Notes under the pieces: model-generated
Seen by the model: the letters and a program-made list of their open reading frames with translations, nothing else
Database searches by the model: none
What the model was told of the DNA's origin: nothing
Source: Bosea sp. (in: a-proteobacteria)
Lineage (GTDB): Bacteria; Pseudomonadota; Alphaproteobacteria; Rhizobiales; Beijerinckiaceae
Length of the DNA stretch: 54,261 nucleotides
Direction: 5' to 3'
Assembly (NCBI GenBank): GCA_046593015.1
Contig: JBKJSB010000152.1
Span: 1-54,261, forward strand
Made by a program: the position numbers and the translations under genes
Shown: positions 17,158 through 26,400 of the stretch, one piece after another
How the letters are laid out: the number at the start of each line of letters is the position of its first letter
Position numbering within the stretch: position 1 is the first letter of the stretch

Positions 17158-18243
17158 TCACGGAAGCTCGATGATTTCGACCCAGTTCGGATTCTTGCCG
17201 AGCGGATAGCGTTTCAGTTCCTTCAGCGCCCCGGTCCCGGCGTCGATCGCATAGAGCGTCGCGGAGTCGGATTTCTGCCCGGCGGCGACGAGGAAGCGCC
17301 CGCTCGGGTCGATGTTGAAGCCGCGCGGCTGCATCTCGGTGGCGAAGTTGCCGGCTGGCGTCAGCGCGCCCGTCGCGGCATCGACCCGGAACGCCGCGAT
17401 CGTGTTCGAGGTCCGCTCAGAGGCGTAGATGAAGCGGCCGTTCGGCGTGATCTTGAGCTCGGCGCTGGCCGGAGCCCCGCCCTGGAAACCCGGCGGCACG
17501 ATGCTGACGCTGCCGGTCTCGGCCATGGTCCCCTTGCCGGCATCGTAGCGATAGGAATTCAGCGTGCCGTCGAGTTCGTTGACCAGATAGGCGAATTTGT
17601 CGTCCGGGCTGAAGACGAAGTGGCGCGGCCCCGCGCCCTTCTTGGTTTCGACGAAGGGCGGATCGTTGGGCGTGACCTTGCCGGTCGCAGCATCAAACCT
17701 GAACTGGAGCAGGACGTCGCCGCCGAGATTGCTGGCGAAGAGATGCCGGTTGGCGCGGTCGGTCAGGATCGCATGCGCGTGCTTGCGGGTTGGAACGACC
17801 TGCACCGGCTCGGCCCCGACCGCGCCTTGCGGCCCGATCGGATTGATTGCGATCTTGTCGCCGCCATAGGAGGCGCTGAGCAGGAAGCGCCCCGTCCGGT
17901 CGGTCGCGACATAGGCCATGTTGTCGGGCAAGGGCACTGTCGAGAGGGGCGCGAGCTTGCCGGTCTGCGGGTCGATCGCGAAGGACGCGACCGAGAAGGG
18001 CTGCGAACGCAGCGAGACGTAGAGGTGGCGCTTGTCGGGCGAGATCGCCATCGGCATCGCGGTCCCGGTGACAGCGACCGTCTCGACCGGCTTCAACTCG
18101 CCGGCCTGCGCATCGAGTTCGAGCACGCTGATCTGGCGGCTATCGGCGTTCGACACATAGACCAGCGTCTTTGCGGCGGCAGGCATGGCCGCCATCATGG
18201 CCGAAAGCAGCGCCACCACACCAGTTGTCTTCGTCGCGCCCAT
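17158..18243 (-). CDS. Exported lactonase (6-phosphogluconolactonase/YbhE-like beta-propeller)
   Basis: Signal peptide ending AAA-KT; VYVSNA, AHAILTD, GAGPRHFVF, QPRGFNIDP, GKNPNWVE. Confidence 0.88.
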   Translation of the reverse strand: MGATKTTGVVALLSAMMAAMPAAAKTLVYVSNADSRQISVLELDAQAGELKPVETVAVTGTAMPMAISPDKRHLYVSLRSQPFSVASFAIDPQTGKLAPLSTVPLPDNMAYVATDRTGRFLLSASYGGDKIAINPIGPQGAVGAEPVQVVPTRKHAHAILTDRANRHLFASNLGGDVLLQFRFDAATGKVTPNDPPFVETKKGAGPRHFVFSPDDKFAYLVNELDGTLNSYRYDAGKGTMAETGSVSIVPPGFQGGAPASAELKITPNGRFIYASERTSNTIAAFRVDAATGALTPAGNFATEMQPRGFNIDPSGRFLVAAGQKSDSATLYAIDAGTGALKELKRYPLGKNPNWVEIIELP

Positions 18244-18345
18244 GATCGTCTCCCCCGACATCCGGCCGCCCTTCGGAGCGGCTCGCTTTATGGGCGGCAG
18301 GTTAGAGGCGCGGCCGGCCGGGAACAGATCAAAGGCCGTATCGAC

Positions 18346-18364
18346 CGATGCAATCGACGCATCG
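18346..18364. promoter_or_regulatory. Putative LysR operator (CGAT-N11-ATCG) upstream of the lactonase gene
   Basis: cgatgcaatcgacgcatcg; same 19-bp dyad at 19402 and 21455. Confidence 0.6.
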
Positions 18365-18374
18365 CGCGCGGCGC

Positions 18375-19325
18375 TTAGGCAGCCGCACGCCCGCGCGTCG
18401 CGAATTCACCTTGGTCGAGGCGGGCGACGAGCGCGGCCAGCTCCGCCGTCTCGGCCTCGGTCAGATCGGTCAGCGGCGTCCGCACCGGGCCAGAATCGCG
18501 CCCGACCACCTTCATCCCCGCCTTGATCATCGAGACGGCGTAGCCGCGCCTGCGGTTGCGGATCGCGATCAACGGCAGGATGAAGTCGCGCAATCCGGCC
18601 TGCACGCTCTCGCGGTCGCGCCGGCGCACCGCGGCGTAGAAGCTGGTCGCGAATTGCGGAACGAAGTTGAACACCGCCGAGGAATAGGTGGTGACGCCCA
18701 TCTCCAGATAGGGCAGCGCGAAGGTCTCGGCCGTGGGCAGGCCGCCTATATAGGTCAGCCGCTCGCCCATGCGCAGATGAATGCGCGTCATCAGCTCGAT
18801 GTCGCCGATGCCGTCCTTGTAGCCGACGAGATTGGGATTGCGCTCGCACAGCGTCGCCAGCGTCTCTTCGGTGATGATGGCGTTGTCGCGGTTGTAGACG
18901 ATGACGCCGAGCGTCGTCGCCCGGCAGACCGCCTCGATATGGGCGGCGAGCCCGTCCTGCTCGGAGAAGACGAGATAAGGCGGCAGCAGCAGGATGCCGT
19001 CGGCCCCCACCTGCTCGACGCCGGCCGCAAGTTCGGCCGCGATCCGCGTGCCATGGCCGACGCCGGCGAGCACCGGCACGCGGCCCTTCGTCTCGGCGAC
19101 CGCGGTCGCGACCACCTGCACCACCTCGGCCGGCGACAGCGAGAAGAACTCGCCCGTGCCGCCCGCCGCGAACAGGCCGGCGACATCGTAGCCGCAGAGC
19201 CAGTCGAGATTGGAGCGGTAACGCGCCTCGTCGAAGGCGTTGCCGGGCGTAAACGGCGTGACGGGAAAGGAGAGCAGCCCGTTGCCGATATGGCGCGCCA
19301 TCTCCCGGGGGGTCATCTTGCTCAC
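18375..19325 (-). CDS. kdgD: 5-dehydro-4-deoxyglucarate dehydratase
   Basis: [61 protein letters not shown]; GTG start after AAGGAG. Confidence 0.92.
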   Translation of the reverse strand: MSKMTPREMARHIGNGLLSFPVTPFTPGNAFDEARYRSNLDWLCGYDVAGLFAAGGTGEFFSLSPAEVVQVVATAVAETKGRVPVLAGVGHGTRIAAELAAGVEQVGADGILLLPPYLVFSEQDGLAAHIEAVCRATTLGVIVYNRDNAIITEETLATLCERNPNLVGYKDGIGDIELMTRIHLRMGERLTYIGGLPTAETFALPYLEMGVTTYSSAVFNFVPQFATSFYAAVRRRDRESVQAGLRDFILPLIAIRNRRRGYAVSMIKAGMKVVGRDSGPVRTPLTDLTEAETAELAALVARLDQGEFATRGRAAA

Positions 19326-19401
19326 GATCGGCTCCTTGGCTGGGTTCAGCCGCAGAAGTAGATCAGGAACGATGCCGATCGAGACCAATCACTGTATCGG
19401 G

Positions 19402-19420
19402 CGATCCATTGATTGCATCG
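19402..19420. promoter_or_regulatory. Putative LysR operator upstream of kdgD
   Basis: cgatccattgattgcatcg, followed toward the gene by a weaker half-dyad. Confidence 0.6.
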
Positions 19421-19421
19421 T

Positions 19422-20327
19422 TCAGCCAGTTTTCCCCGGGCCTTGCGCCAGCCCCTTCGCCAGAGCGGCGACGATCGGCAGGAGCGGATTGTCGTTGTCC
19501 TCGCGGCTGACGAAGAACAGTTCGGCGGGCCGCTGGCGCGGCAGATCGACCGGGCGCAGCGCGACGCCGCTGAAATGCAGGTTCGTCGCCGCCTGCGGCA
19601 CCAGCGCGACGCCGACGCCCGAATGCACCATGGCCAGGATCGAGTGGATCTGGGCGAGGTGCTGGACATAGTTCGGCACCAGCCCGGCGCGGGAGAACAG
19701 CTCGACCAGCAGATCGTGAAAATAGCGCGCCTCGTAAGGCGCATACATGATGAAGGGCTCGGCCGCGAGATCCTCGATAGCGATCGCCTCGGCCCGCGCC
19801 AGCGCGTGCCCGGCCGGCACCGCCGCGATCAGCGGCTCGGACGTCACGCGAAAAGCGCTGAGACCCGTGCGCGGGATCGGCGGCCGCAGCAGTCCGATAT
19901 CGATCTCGCCCGAACCCAGCCGCTTGAGCTGGTCGCCGCTGACCATCTCCTTCAGCGCGATCTCGACGTCGGGCAGCTCGCGCCGGCAGGCGGCGACGAG
20001 TTCCGGGACATAGGAATAAGCCGAGGTCGCGGTGAAGCCGATGTTGATCGAGCCGGCCTTGCCGTTGGCGACGCGCTTGGCGAGCAGCGCCGCGCTCTCG
20101 GCGAGCTTGAGCATGCGGCGCGCCTCCGAGAGGAAGCTCTGACCGGCCGGGGTAAGCTTTACCGTGCGGTTGCTGCGCTCAAGCAGCACGACGTCGAGCA
20201 CGCGTTCGAGGATCTGGATCTGGCGGCTGAGCGGCGGCTGCGTCATGTTGAGGCGCAGCGCCGCCCGGCCGAAATGCAGTTCCTCCGCCACGGCCACGAA
20301 ACAGCGTAGCTGGCTCAACTCGAACAT
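19422..20327 (-). CDS. LysR-family transcriptional regulator
   Basis: MFELSQLRCFVAVAEELHFGRAALRLNMTQPPLSRQI HTH; LTPAG; substrate-binding domain. Confidence 0.95.
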   Translation of the reverse strand: MFELSQLRCFVAVAEELHFGRAALRLNMTQPPLSRQIQILERVLDVVLLERSNRTVKLTPAGQSFLSEARRMLKLAESAALLAKRVANGKAGSINIGFTATSAYSYVPELVAACRRELPDVEIALKEMVSGDQLKRLGSGEIDIGLLRPPIPRTGLSAFRVTSEPLIAAVPAGHALARAEAIAIEDLAAEPFIMYAPYEARYFHDLLVELFSRAGLVPNYVQHLAQIHSILAMVHSGVGVALVPQAATNLHFSGVALRPVDLPRQRPAELFFVSREDNDNPLLPIVAALAKGLAQGPGKTG

Positions 20328-20374
20328 CTCCAGCCCTCCCGCCGGCAAGCCCTGCCCTGACGGTCGGGCCCGGT

Positions 20375-21364
20375 TCAGTTCTGGATGCTGATTCCGGCCT
20401 TGTCGATGATCGACTTGAACTTGGCCATCTCGGTCTCGGCCTTCGCCCTCGTTTCCGCTCCGGTCGAGGGCGTCGCCGCCGCGCCGAGTTCCTCAAAGCG
20501 CCCGACCACGGCTGGATCCTTCAGCACCGCCTGGATCTCGGCCACGAGCCTGTCGCAGATCTCCTTCGGGGTGCCCTTCGGCGCGAGAAAGCCGTTCCAC
20601 GACGAGATGTCGAAGCCCGGCAGGGTCTCGGCCAGAGGCGGAACTTCGGGCGCGATCTTCGCACGCTCCATGCTGGTGACGGCCAGCCCCTTCAGCGTGC
20701 CGGCCCTGTAGTGCGGATAGGGCGAGGTGAAGTTGTCGAAGGAGACCTTGACGTTGCCCGCGATCAGGTCCTGCACCAGCGCGCCCGAGGAGCGATAGGT
20801 GACGTGCTGCATCGTCACGCCGGCGAGCTGCATGAAGAGTTCCCCCGAGAGATGGATCGAGGTGCCGATGCCCGACGAGCCATAGTTTTCCTTGCCGGGA
20901 TTGGCCTTCAGATAGGCGATGAATTCCTTGACGTTCTGCGCCGGGATCGAGGGATGCACGCAGAGGAAGTTCGGCTGCGACGAGGCCAGCGAGAGGAACT
21001 CGAACTCGAACGGCCTGAAGGGCAGCTTGTCCTTGTAGAGATTGGGATTGATGCCGTGCGTCGACGGCGTCGTCATGCCGATCGTGTAGCCGTCGGGCGT
21101 CGCATGGGAGAGCGCGGCGACGCCGGTGTTGCCGCCGGCGCCGGCCCGATTTTCGATGATGAAGGCCTTGCCCGTGCGCTGGGTCAGCTTCTCGCAGATG
21201 ATGCGCCCGACGAGATCGGTGGTCCCGCCAGCGCCGAAGGGAATGATCACCGTGACCGGCCTGGCCGGATAGGCCTGCGCGAAGCCGCCCCGCGCAACCA
21301 GAGGCGCGGCGAGCGCGCCGCCGGCAAGACTGAGCGCCGCGCGGCGTGTGATCGATCGGCTAAT
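20375..21364 (-). CDS. Bug/TctC tripartite tricarboxylate transporter substrate-binding protein; apparent ATT start and Tat-like leader
   Basis: YPARPVTVIIPFGAGGTTD, IENRAGAGGNTG, YGSSGIGTSIHL; frame extends upstream to ATT just after GGGAGG, with an in-frame TAG further up. Confidence 0.8.
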   Translation of the reverse strand: MSRSITRRAALSLAGGALAAPLVARGGFAQAYPARPVTVIIPFGAGGTTDLVGRIICEKLTQRTGKAFIIENRAGAGGNTGVAALSHATPDGYTIGMTTPSTHGINPNLYKDKLPFRPFEFEFLSLASSQPNFLCVHPSIPAQNVKEFIAYLKANPGKENYGSSGIGTSIHLSGELFMQLAGVTMQHVTYRSSGALVQDLIAGNVKVSFDNFTSPYPHYRAGTLKGLAVTSMERAKIAPEVPPLAETLPGFDISSWNGFLAPKGTPKEICDRLVAEIQAVLKDPAVVGRFEELGAAATPSTGAETRAKAETEMAKFKSIIDKAGISIQN

Positions 21365-21454
21365 AAACCCTCCCAGGATTGCACGCGGCTAATGCCGTCT
21401 GATCGTCAGGGTAAGCGGCGGCAGCGCGTCGGCAACCACGTTGAGATTATCGTG

Positions 21455-21473
21455 CGATCCAAAAAAGGTATCG
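21455..21473. promoter_or_regulatory. Putative LysR operator in the divergent tctC/tctC intergenic region
   Basis: cgatccaaaaaaggtatcg (T-N11-A core). Confidence 0.6.
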
Positions 21474-21606
21474 ACTTATTGCCTTTCTAACTCACGGGCG
21501 CATCGTGACTCTCCTATTCTGTAGCGACAAGGCAGCATCTTGAAGACTGCCTGCGACTTCGCGACCCGGCATCCGGGCGAGGCCCGCATCCCACAGGAGG
21601 ACATCC

Positions 21607-22602
21607 ATGACCCGACTTCCTTTCCCGGCGACCCTCGCCAACGGCCTTGCCAAAGGCCTCGTGCTTGCGGCGCTCGCGGGCTTCGCGCTTTCCGCACAGT
21701 CCGCCGCAGCCCAGAAGTTCGAACGCCCCGTCCGCCTCGTCGTGCCGTTTGCGCCCGGCGGAACGTCCGACATCCTCGCCCGCCTGATCGGGCCAAAGCT
21801 CTCGGCCGCGATCGGCCAGCCCGTCGTGATCGAGAACAAGCCGGGCGCGGCCGGCAACCTCGGCGCCGACGCCGTCGCCAAGTCTCCGGCCGACGGCCAC
21901 ACCCTGCTGCTGATGGATGTCGGCTCTCTGGCGACCGCACCGAGCCTGTTCTCCGACCTGACCTATGACCCGGCCAAGGATCTGGCTCCGGTCTCGATGG
22001 TGATGTTCGGCCCCTATGTGCTGGCCGTGCATGAATCGATTCCCGCCAAGACGGCGCAGGAGCTGATCGCATACGCCAAAGCGAACCCGAACAAGCTCGC
22101 CATCGCGAATTCCGGCGTCGGCGCGGCCAACCACATCACAGCCGTTCAGATGGCGAGGGAACTCGGCAACCAGTGGAAGAACGTGCCCTACAAGGGCGGC
22201 GCGGCGGCCTCCCGGGCCGTCGTCTCGGGCGAGAGCGGCGTCATCATCAATGGCTCGACCGCGACATTGCCCTTCGTCGCCAACAAGCAGCTCGTCGGCC
22301 TCGCCGTGACCGGCGAGGAGCGCGTCGCGGGACTGCCGACCTTCAGGGAGGCGGGTCTGCCCGGAGGCGACGCCGGCACCTGGCAGGGTATTCTGACCCG
22401 CGCCGGAACGCCTCCCGCAATGGTCACGCGGCTCAACTCCGAAATCAGCAAGATCCTGCAGGAGCCCGAGATCAAGGCCAAGATCGCCGAACAGGGCGGC
22501 GTGGTGAAGGCCGGTTCCCCGGCGGAATTCTCGAACTGGCTGAAGGACGCCACCACTCGCTGGGGCGGCATCATCCGCGAGGCCGGCATCAAGGGCAGCT
22601 AG
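21607..22602 (+). CDS. tctC: Bug/TctC substrate-binding protein
   Basis: Signal peptide; PVRLVVPFAPGGTSDILAR, IENKPGAAGNLG, VPYKGG; AGGAGG RBS. Confidence 0.92.
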   Translation: MTRLPFPATLANGLAKGLVLAALAGFALSAQSAAAQKFERPVRLVVPFAPGGTSDILARLIGPKLSAAIGQPVVIENKPGAAGNLGADAVAKSPADGHTLLLMDVGSLATAPSLFSDLTYDPAKDLAPVSMVMFGPYVLAVHESIPAKTAQELIAYAKANPNKLAIANSGVGAANHITAVQMARELGNQWKNVPYKGGAAASRAVVSGESGVIINGSTATLPFVANKQLVGLAVTGEERVAGLPTFREAGLPGGDAGTWQGILTRAGTPPAMVTRLNSEISKILQEPEIKAKIAEQGGVVKAGSPAEFSNWLKDATTRWGGIIREAGIKGS

Positions 22603-22614
22603 GTGGCCGGCCCG

Positions 22615-23094
22615 ATGACCCGCTCCCGGATCGACTGGCGCGACCTGCTGTTTGGCCTGTTCCTCGTCGCGGTGGCGGCGGGCGCGCTGGTCGCGACACG
22701 CAAGCTCACTGTCGGCCACGCGGCCGACATGGGCGCCGGCTACATGCCGCGCGTCGTCTCGCTCGGGCTGCTCGCCTTTGGTCTGTTCTTCTGCGCGCGC
22801 AGCCTCTGGCGCGCAGGCCTGCTGCAAAGACGCGCGGCAGAGACGGCAATGCCGATCGAGCCGGTGCAGTTGCGGCCCCTGTTCGCGGTGCTCGGTGCGG
22901 TCGGCATCTTCGCGCTGATGGCGGAAAAGCTGGGACTCGCCATCGCCGCGGTCGTCACCGTCATCCTCGCCAGCCTCGCCACGCGTGAGGGGCGCCTGCG
23001 TGAAACAGTGCCGTTCGCGCTCGTCCTCTCGGGCGCGGCTGTGCTTCTCTTCATCAAGGTTCTGGCGCTGCCGGTCCCCGTCTGGCCGCGCTGA
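22615..23094 (+). CDS. tctB: TctB small membrane subunit
   Basis: Four TM segments, MGAGYMPR, LFIKVLALPVPVWP; lies between tctC and tctA. Confidence 0.85.
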   Translation: MTRSRIDWRDLLFGLFLVAVAAGALVATRKLTVGHAADMGAGYMPRVVSLGLLAFGLFFCARSLWRAGLLQRRAAETAMPIEPVQLRPLFAVLGAVGIFALMAEKLGLAIAAVVTVILASLATREGRLRETVPFALVLSGAAVLLFIKVLALPVPVWPR

Positions 23095-23103
23095 AAGCCT
23101 GTC

Positions 23104-24609
23104 ATGGAACTCTTCGACAACCTGCTGCTCGGACTTTCGACCGCGCTTGAGCTCAACAATCTCGGCCTGTGCCTACTCGGCGTCCTGATCGGCACGGCGA
23201 TCGGCGTGCTGCCGGGGATCGGGCCGATCCCGACTGTGGCGCTGCTGCTGCCCTTCACCTTCGGATTGTCGCCACCGGGCGCCATGATCATGCTGGCGGG
23301 CATCTTCTACGGGGCGCAGTATGGCGGCTCGACCACCGCGATCCTGGTCAATGTGCCGGGCGAGACCTCGTCGGTCGTTACCTGCCTCGACGGCCACGAA
23401 ATGGCCAAGCAGGGCAAGGCCGGCACGGCGCTGGCGATCGCGGCGATCGCGTCCTTCTTCGCCGGCACGATGGCGACCATCGTCATCGCGGTCATGAGCG
23501 TGCCGCTCTCCGTGCTGGCGCTGAAATTCACGGCCGTGGAGTATTTCAGCCTGCTCGTGCTCGGCCTGATCGCGGCCGTCGTGCTGGCGCACGGCTCGGT
23601 CGCGAAGTCGCTGGCGATGGTTCTGCTCGGGCTGCTGCTCGGCCTCGTCGGCATCGATGTCAGCTCGGGCGCGGCGCGCATGACCTTCGGCGTCGCGGAG
23701 CTGTCCGATGGGCTCGACTTCGTGCCGATCGCGATGGGCCTGTTCGGGCTCGGCGAGATCATCGCCAATCTGGAGCGACCGCCCGCGCGGCGCGTGGTCA
23801 GCCAGACGGTTCGCGACCTGATTCCGAGCAGGGCCGACCTGCGCGCCGCCTTCCCCGCGATGCTACGCGGCACGGCGCTGGGCTCGGTGCTCGGCGTGCT
23901 GCCGGGCGGTGGCGCCGCGCTGCCGCCGTTCTCCTCCTATGCGCTGGAGAAGAAGCTGGCGAAGGATCCTTCACGCTTCGGCAAGGGCGCGATCGAGGGC
24001 GTGGCTGGTCCGGAAGCCGCCAACAATGCGGGCGCGCAGACGAGCTTCATCCCATTGCTGACGCTCGGCATCCCGGCGAATGCGCTGATGGCGCTGATGA
24101 TCGGCGCACTGATGATGCAGGGCATCCAGCCGGGTCCGCAGATCATGACGGAACAGCCAAGGCTGGTCTGGGGCGTCATCGCCTCGATGTGGGTCGGCAA
24201 TCTGATGCTGCTGGTGATCAACCTGCCGCTGATCGGGCTATGGGTCTCGATGCTGAAGATCCCCTACCGCCTGCTCTTCCCCGCCATCGTGCTGTTCTGC
24301 TGCATCGGCACTTACGGCATCGCAAACAGCCTGTTCAACGTCTGGCTGATGCTGGGCTGCGCCGCGATCGGCTACTTCTTCATCAAGGTCGGTGTCGAGC
24401 CGGCGCCGCTGCTGCTCGGGCTTGTGCTCGGGCCGCAGCTCGAGGAGAATTTCCGCCGCGCCATGCTGCTCGCAGACGGCGATTTCTTGGTTTTCCTGTC
24501 CCGCCCGATCAGCGCCGTGCTGCTCGGCGTCGTTGCGGCGCTGCTGCTGGCCCTGCTGTCGCCGACGATCCTGCGCAACCGGAAGGCCGCTCTCACCCCG
24601 GCGGACTGA
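23104..24609 (+). CDS. tctA: TctA large permease
   Basis: GVLPGIGP, YGAQYGGSTTAILVNVPGE, GVAGPEAANNA, PLLTLGIP. Confidence 0.95.
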   Translation: MELFDNLLLGLSTALELNNLGLCLLGVLIGTAIGVLPGIGPIPTVALLLPFTFGLSPPGAMIMLAGIFYGAQYGGSTTAILVNVPGETSSVVTCLDGHEMAKQGKAGTALAIAAIASFFAGTMATIVIAVMSVPLSVLALKFTAVEYFSLLVLGLIAAVVLAHGSVAKSLAMVLLGLLLGLVGIDVSSGAARMTFGVAELSDGLDFVPIAMGLFGLGEIIANLERPPARRVVSQTVRDLIPSRADLRAAFPAMLRGTALGSVLGVLPGGGAALPPFSSYALEKKLAKDPSRFGKGAIEGVAGPEAANNAGAQTSFIPLLTLGIPANALMALMIGALMMQGIQPGPQIMTEQPRLVWGVIASMWVGNLMLLVINLPLIGLWVSMLKIPYRLLFPAIVLFCCIGTYGIANSLFNVWLMLGCAAIGYFFIKVGVEPAPLLLGLVLGPQLEENFRRAMLLADGDFLVFLSRPISAVLLGVVAALLLALLSPTILRNRKAALTPAD

Positions 24610-24650
24610 ACGCGCTTGCCCGGGCGCGCCGCCGAGAACGGGCCGAAGGC

Positions 24651-24965
24651 TCACGTCCCGGCGGGCCTTGCCATCAACCCGGAGCCGATCAGCTTCTCAT
24701 AGGCCGAGTAGACATGGTCGGGCACGGCATCACCCGCCCTCGCCATAGGCCTAGCGGCGGCTGAGATAGCCGCGCGCGCCCATCAGGACATGGACGATGA
24801 CCTCCAGCTCTTCCTCGCTGTAGTCGCCGACCTAGCCCGGCCCCCCGCGCGCGCTTGAGCAGACGGACATAGGCCGCCGAGATGTTGTCGAGATGGCGCT
24901 GGTAGCCGGCCGGCGCGAAGATTTCGGCCTCGTTGAGGATGCGCAGGAATCCGGCGTCTCCTGCA
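24651..24965 (-). pseudogene. 3' remnant of a probable TetR/AcrR-family regulator
   Basis: Stitched frames read FLRILNEAEIFAPAGYQRHLDNISAAYVRLLKRAR / GDYSEEELEVIVHVLMGARGYLSRR* / AVPDHVYSAYEKLI; frameshifts, internal TAG, no HTH; family call from recollection. Confidence 0.55.
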
Positions 24966-25008
24966 GGAGATCATGTTCTGAGGGACTTGGAGAGCTGACC
25001 TTTCGGCC

Positions 25009-26334
25009 TCAGCCGGTCCGGATCAGCGTGGCCCGCTGGCGCTCGGCGCGGGCCTGCGCCACTTCGCCGAGGAAATCGCCGATCGAGCGTTCGAGCTCGG
25101 CCGAGAGGCTGGTCGTCGCCCTGACGCGCTCGTCCATCTGGCGCGCGAGCGCGGCGGCCTCGCCGGCCAGCCCCTCGACCAGCGCGGCATGGTGGGCGAT
25201 GGCGTCGACGCCCGACGACGACGCCTCCGCCTGACCGGCGATAGCCTCGATCCGCGCCGCCTGATCGGCGACGGAATCGGCGACGACGCGCGTGCTCGCC
25301 TGCATGCTCTGCATCGTCAGGTTCAACTCCCTGACCGCCTGCTCGATGGCCGTGCCCGCATCGACGACCTGCTCGACGCCCTGGCGGATCGCCTCGGTCG
25401 CGCTGTTGGTGGCGTTGGCGAGCGATTTGACCTCGCCGGCGACGACCGCGAAGCCACGGCCCGCCTCGCCGGCCCGGGCCGCCTCGATCGTGGCGTTGAG
25501 CGCCAGCAGATTGGTCTGCGAGGCGAGGTTGCGGATCAGCTCGACGACGCTGCCGATGCGCTCATTGGCCTGCCGCAACGCGACGACGTTTTCGGCGATG
25601 CCGTGGCATTCGGTGCTGGCCTCGTCGGTCGCCAGCCGCGATGTCGCGGTTTCCTGCATGATGCGGGCGCTCGATGCGCCGAAATCGCGCGTCGCCCGGA
25701 CGATCTCGGCGACGGCGGCCGAGACCTGCTCGGGCCGCGCCTTGGTGCCGGCGACCGCCTGCAGCGTCGCCCCGGCCTTGCCGGCAAGCCGGCCGGAAAA
25801 GCCCGCGACCTCGCTCATGCCGCTCTCGATCGCCGATATGCGTTCGGCGATGCCGTTTCGGAACGAGCCTTCCAATGCGCTCAGCCGCTCGCCGATTCCG
25901 GTCTCGATCGCCCGGTCATAGGAGGACAGCGAGACCGAGATGTCGGTCAGCATCAGCATCGAGAAAATGCGCAACGCGCCGTCGAGCGGGCCCCAGCGCC
26001 GCTTCCAGCCCCTGACGACGAGCGCCGAGAACTGCCCGAAATCATCCATGAAGAACTGCGGGTACTCGGCAAGGCTGATCCGCCGGCCATTGGCGCGCGC
26101 CGCGATGCGCGACTTGATCGCGAGATAGTCGTCGTCGAGTTCGAGCCGGAAGAGCTTGGCGTATTTCAGCGCCTCGTCGGCATAGGTCTCCGGCCGCCGC
26201 TGATGCCAGTTCTGGCCATGGCGCGCCTGATAGCGGGCGCGCGGCGCGGCCTCGAAATGCGGCTCCAGCAGCGCCAGCAGACGACCGGCGATGGCGCGCT
26301 CGGCGGGAGACAGGGGAGGCAGGACCGGTTCCAT
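25009..26334 (-). CDS. Soluble methyl-accepting chemotaxis protein with a globin-sensor-like N-terminus
   Basis: [37 protein letters not shown] signalling hairpin; no TM segments. Confidence 0.88.
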   Translation of the reverse strand: MEPVLPPLSPAERAIAGRLLALLEPHFEAAPRARYQARHGQNWHQRRPETYADEALKYAKLFRLELDDDYLAIKSRIAARANGRRISLAEYPQFFMDDFGQFSALVVRGWKRRWGPLDGALRIFSMLMLTDISVSLSSYDRAIETGIGERLSALEGSFRNGIAERISAIESGMSEVAGFSGRLAGKAGATLQAVAGTKARPEQVSAAVAEIVRATRDFGASSARIMQETATSRLATDEASTECHGIAENVVALRQANERIGSVVELIRNLASQTNLLALNATIEAARAGEAGRGFAVVAGEVKSLANATNSATEAIRQGVEQVVDAGTAIEQAVRELNLTMQSMQASTRVVADSVADQAARIEAIAGQAEASSSGVDAIAHHAALVEGLAGEAAALARQMDERVRATTSLSAELERSIGDFLGEVAQARAERQRATLIRTG

Positions 26335-26354
26335 GCGCGGCAGTTTCGTCGAGA

Positions 26355-26362
26355 ATGGTTAA
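26355..26362 (-). promoter_or_regulatory. CtrA half-site (TTAACCAT) upstream of the chemoreceptor
   Basis: Forward atggttaa, about 20 bp before the start codon. Confidence 0.45.
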
Positions 26363-26400
26363 CCACCCTCTGCTTTTGCCTGCGTTTTCGGCAGAGCGGC

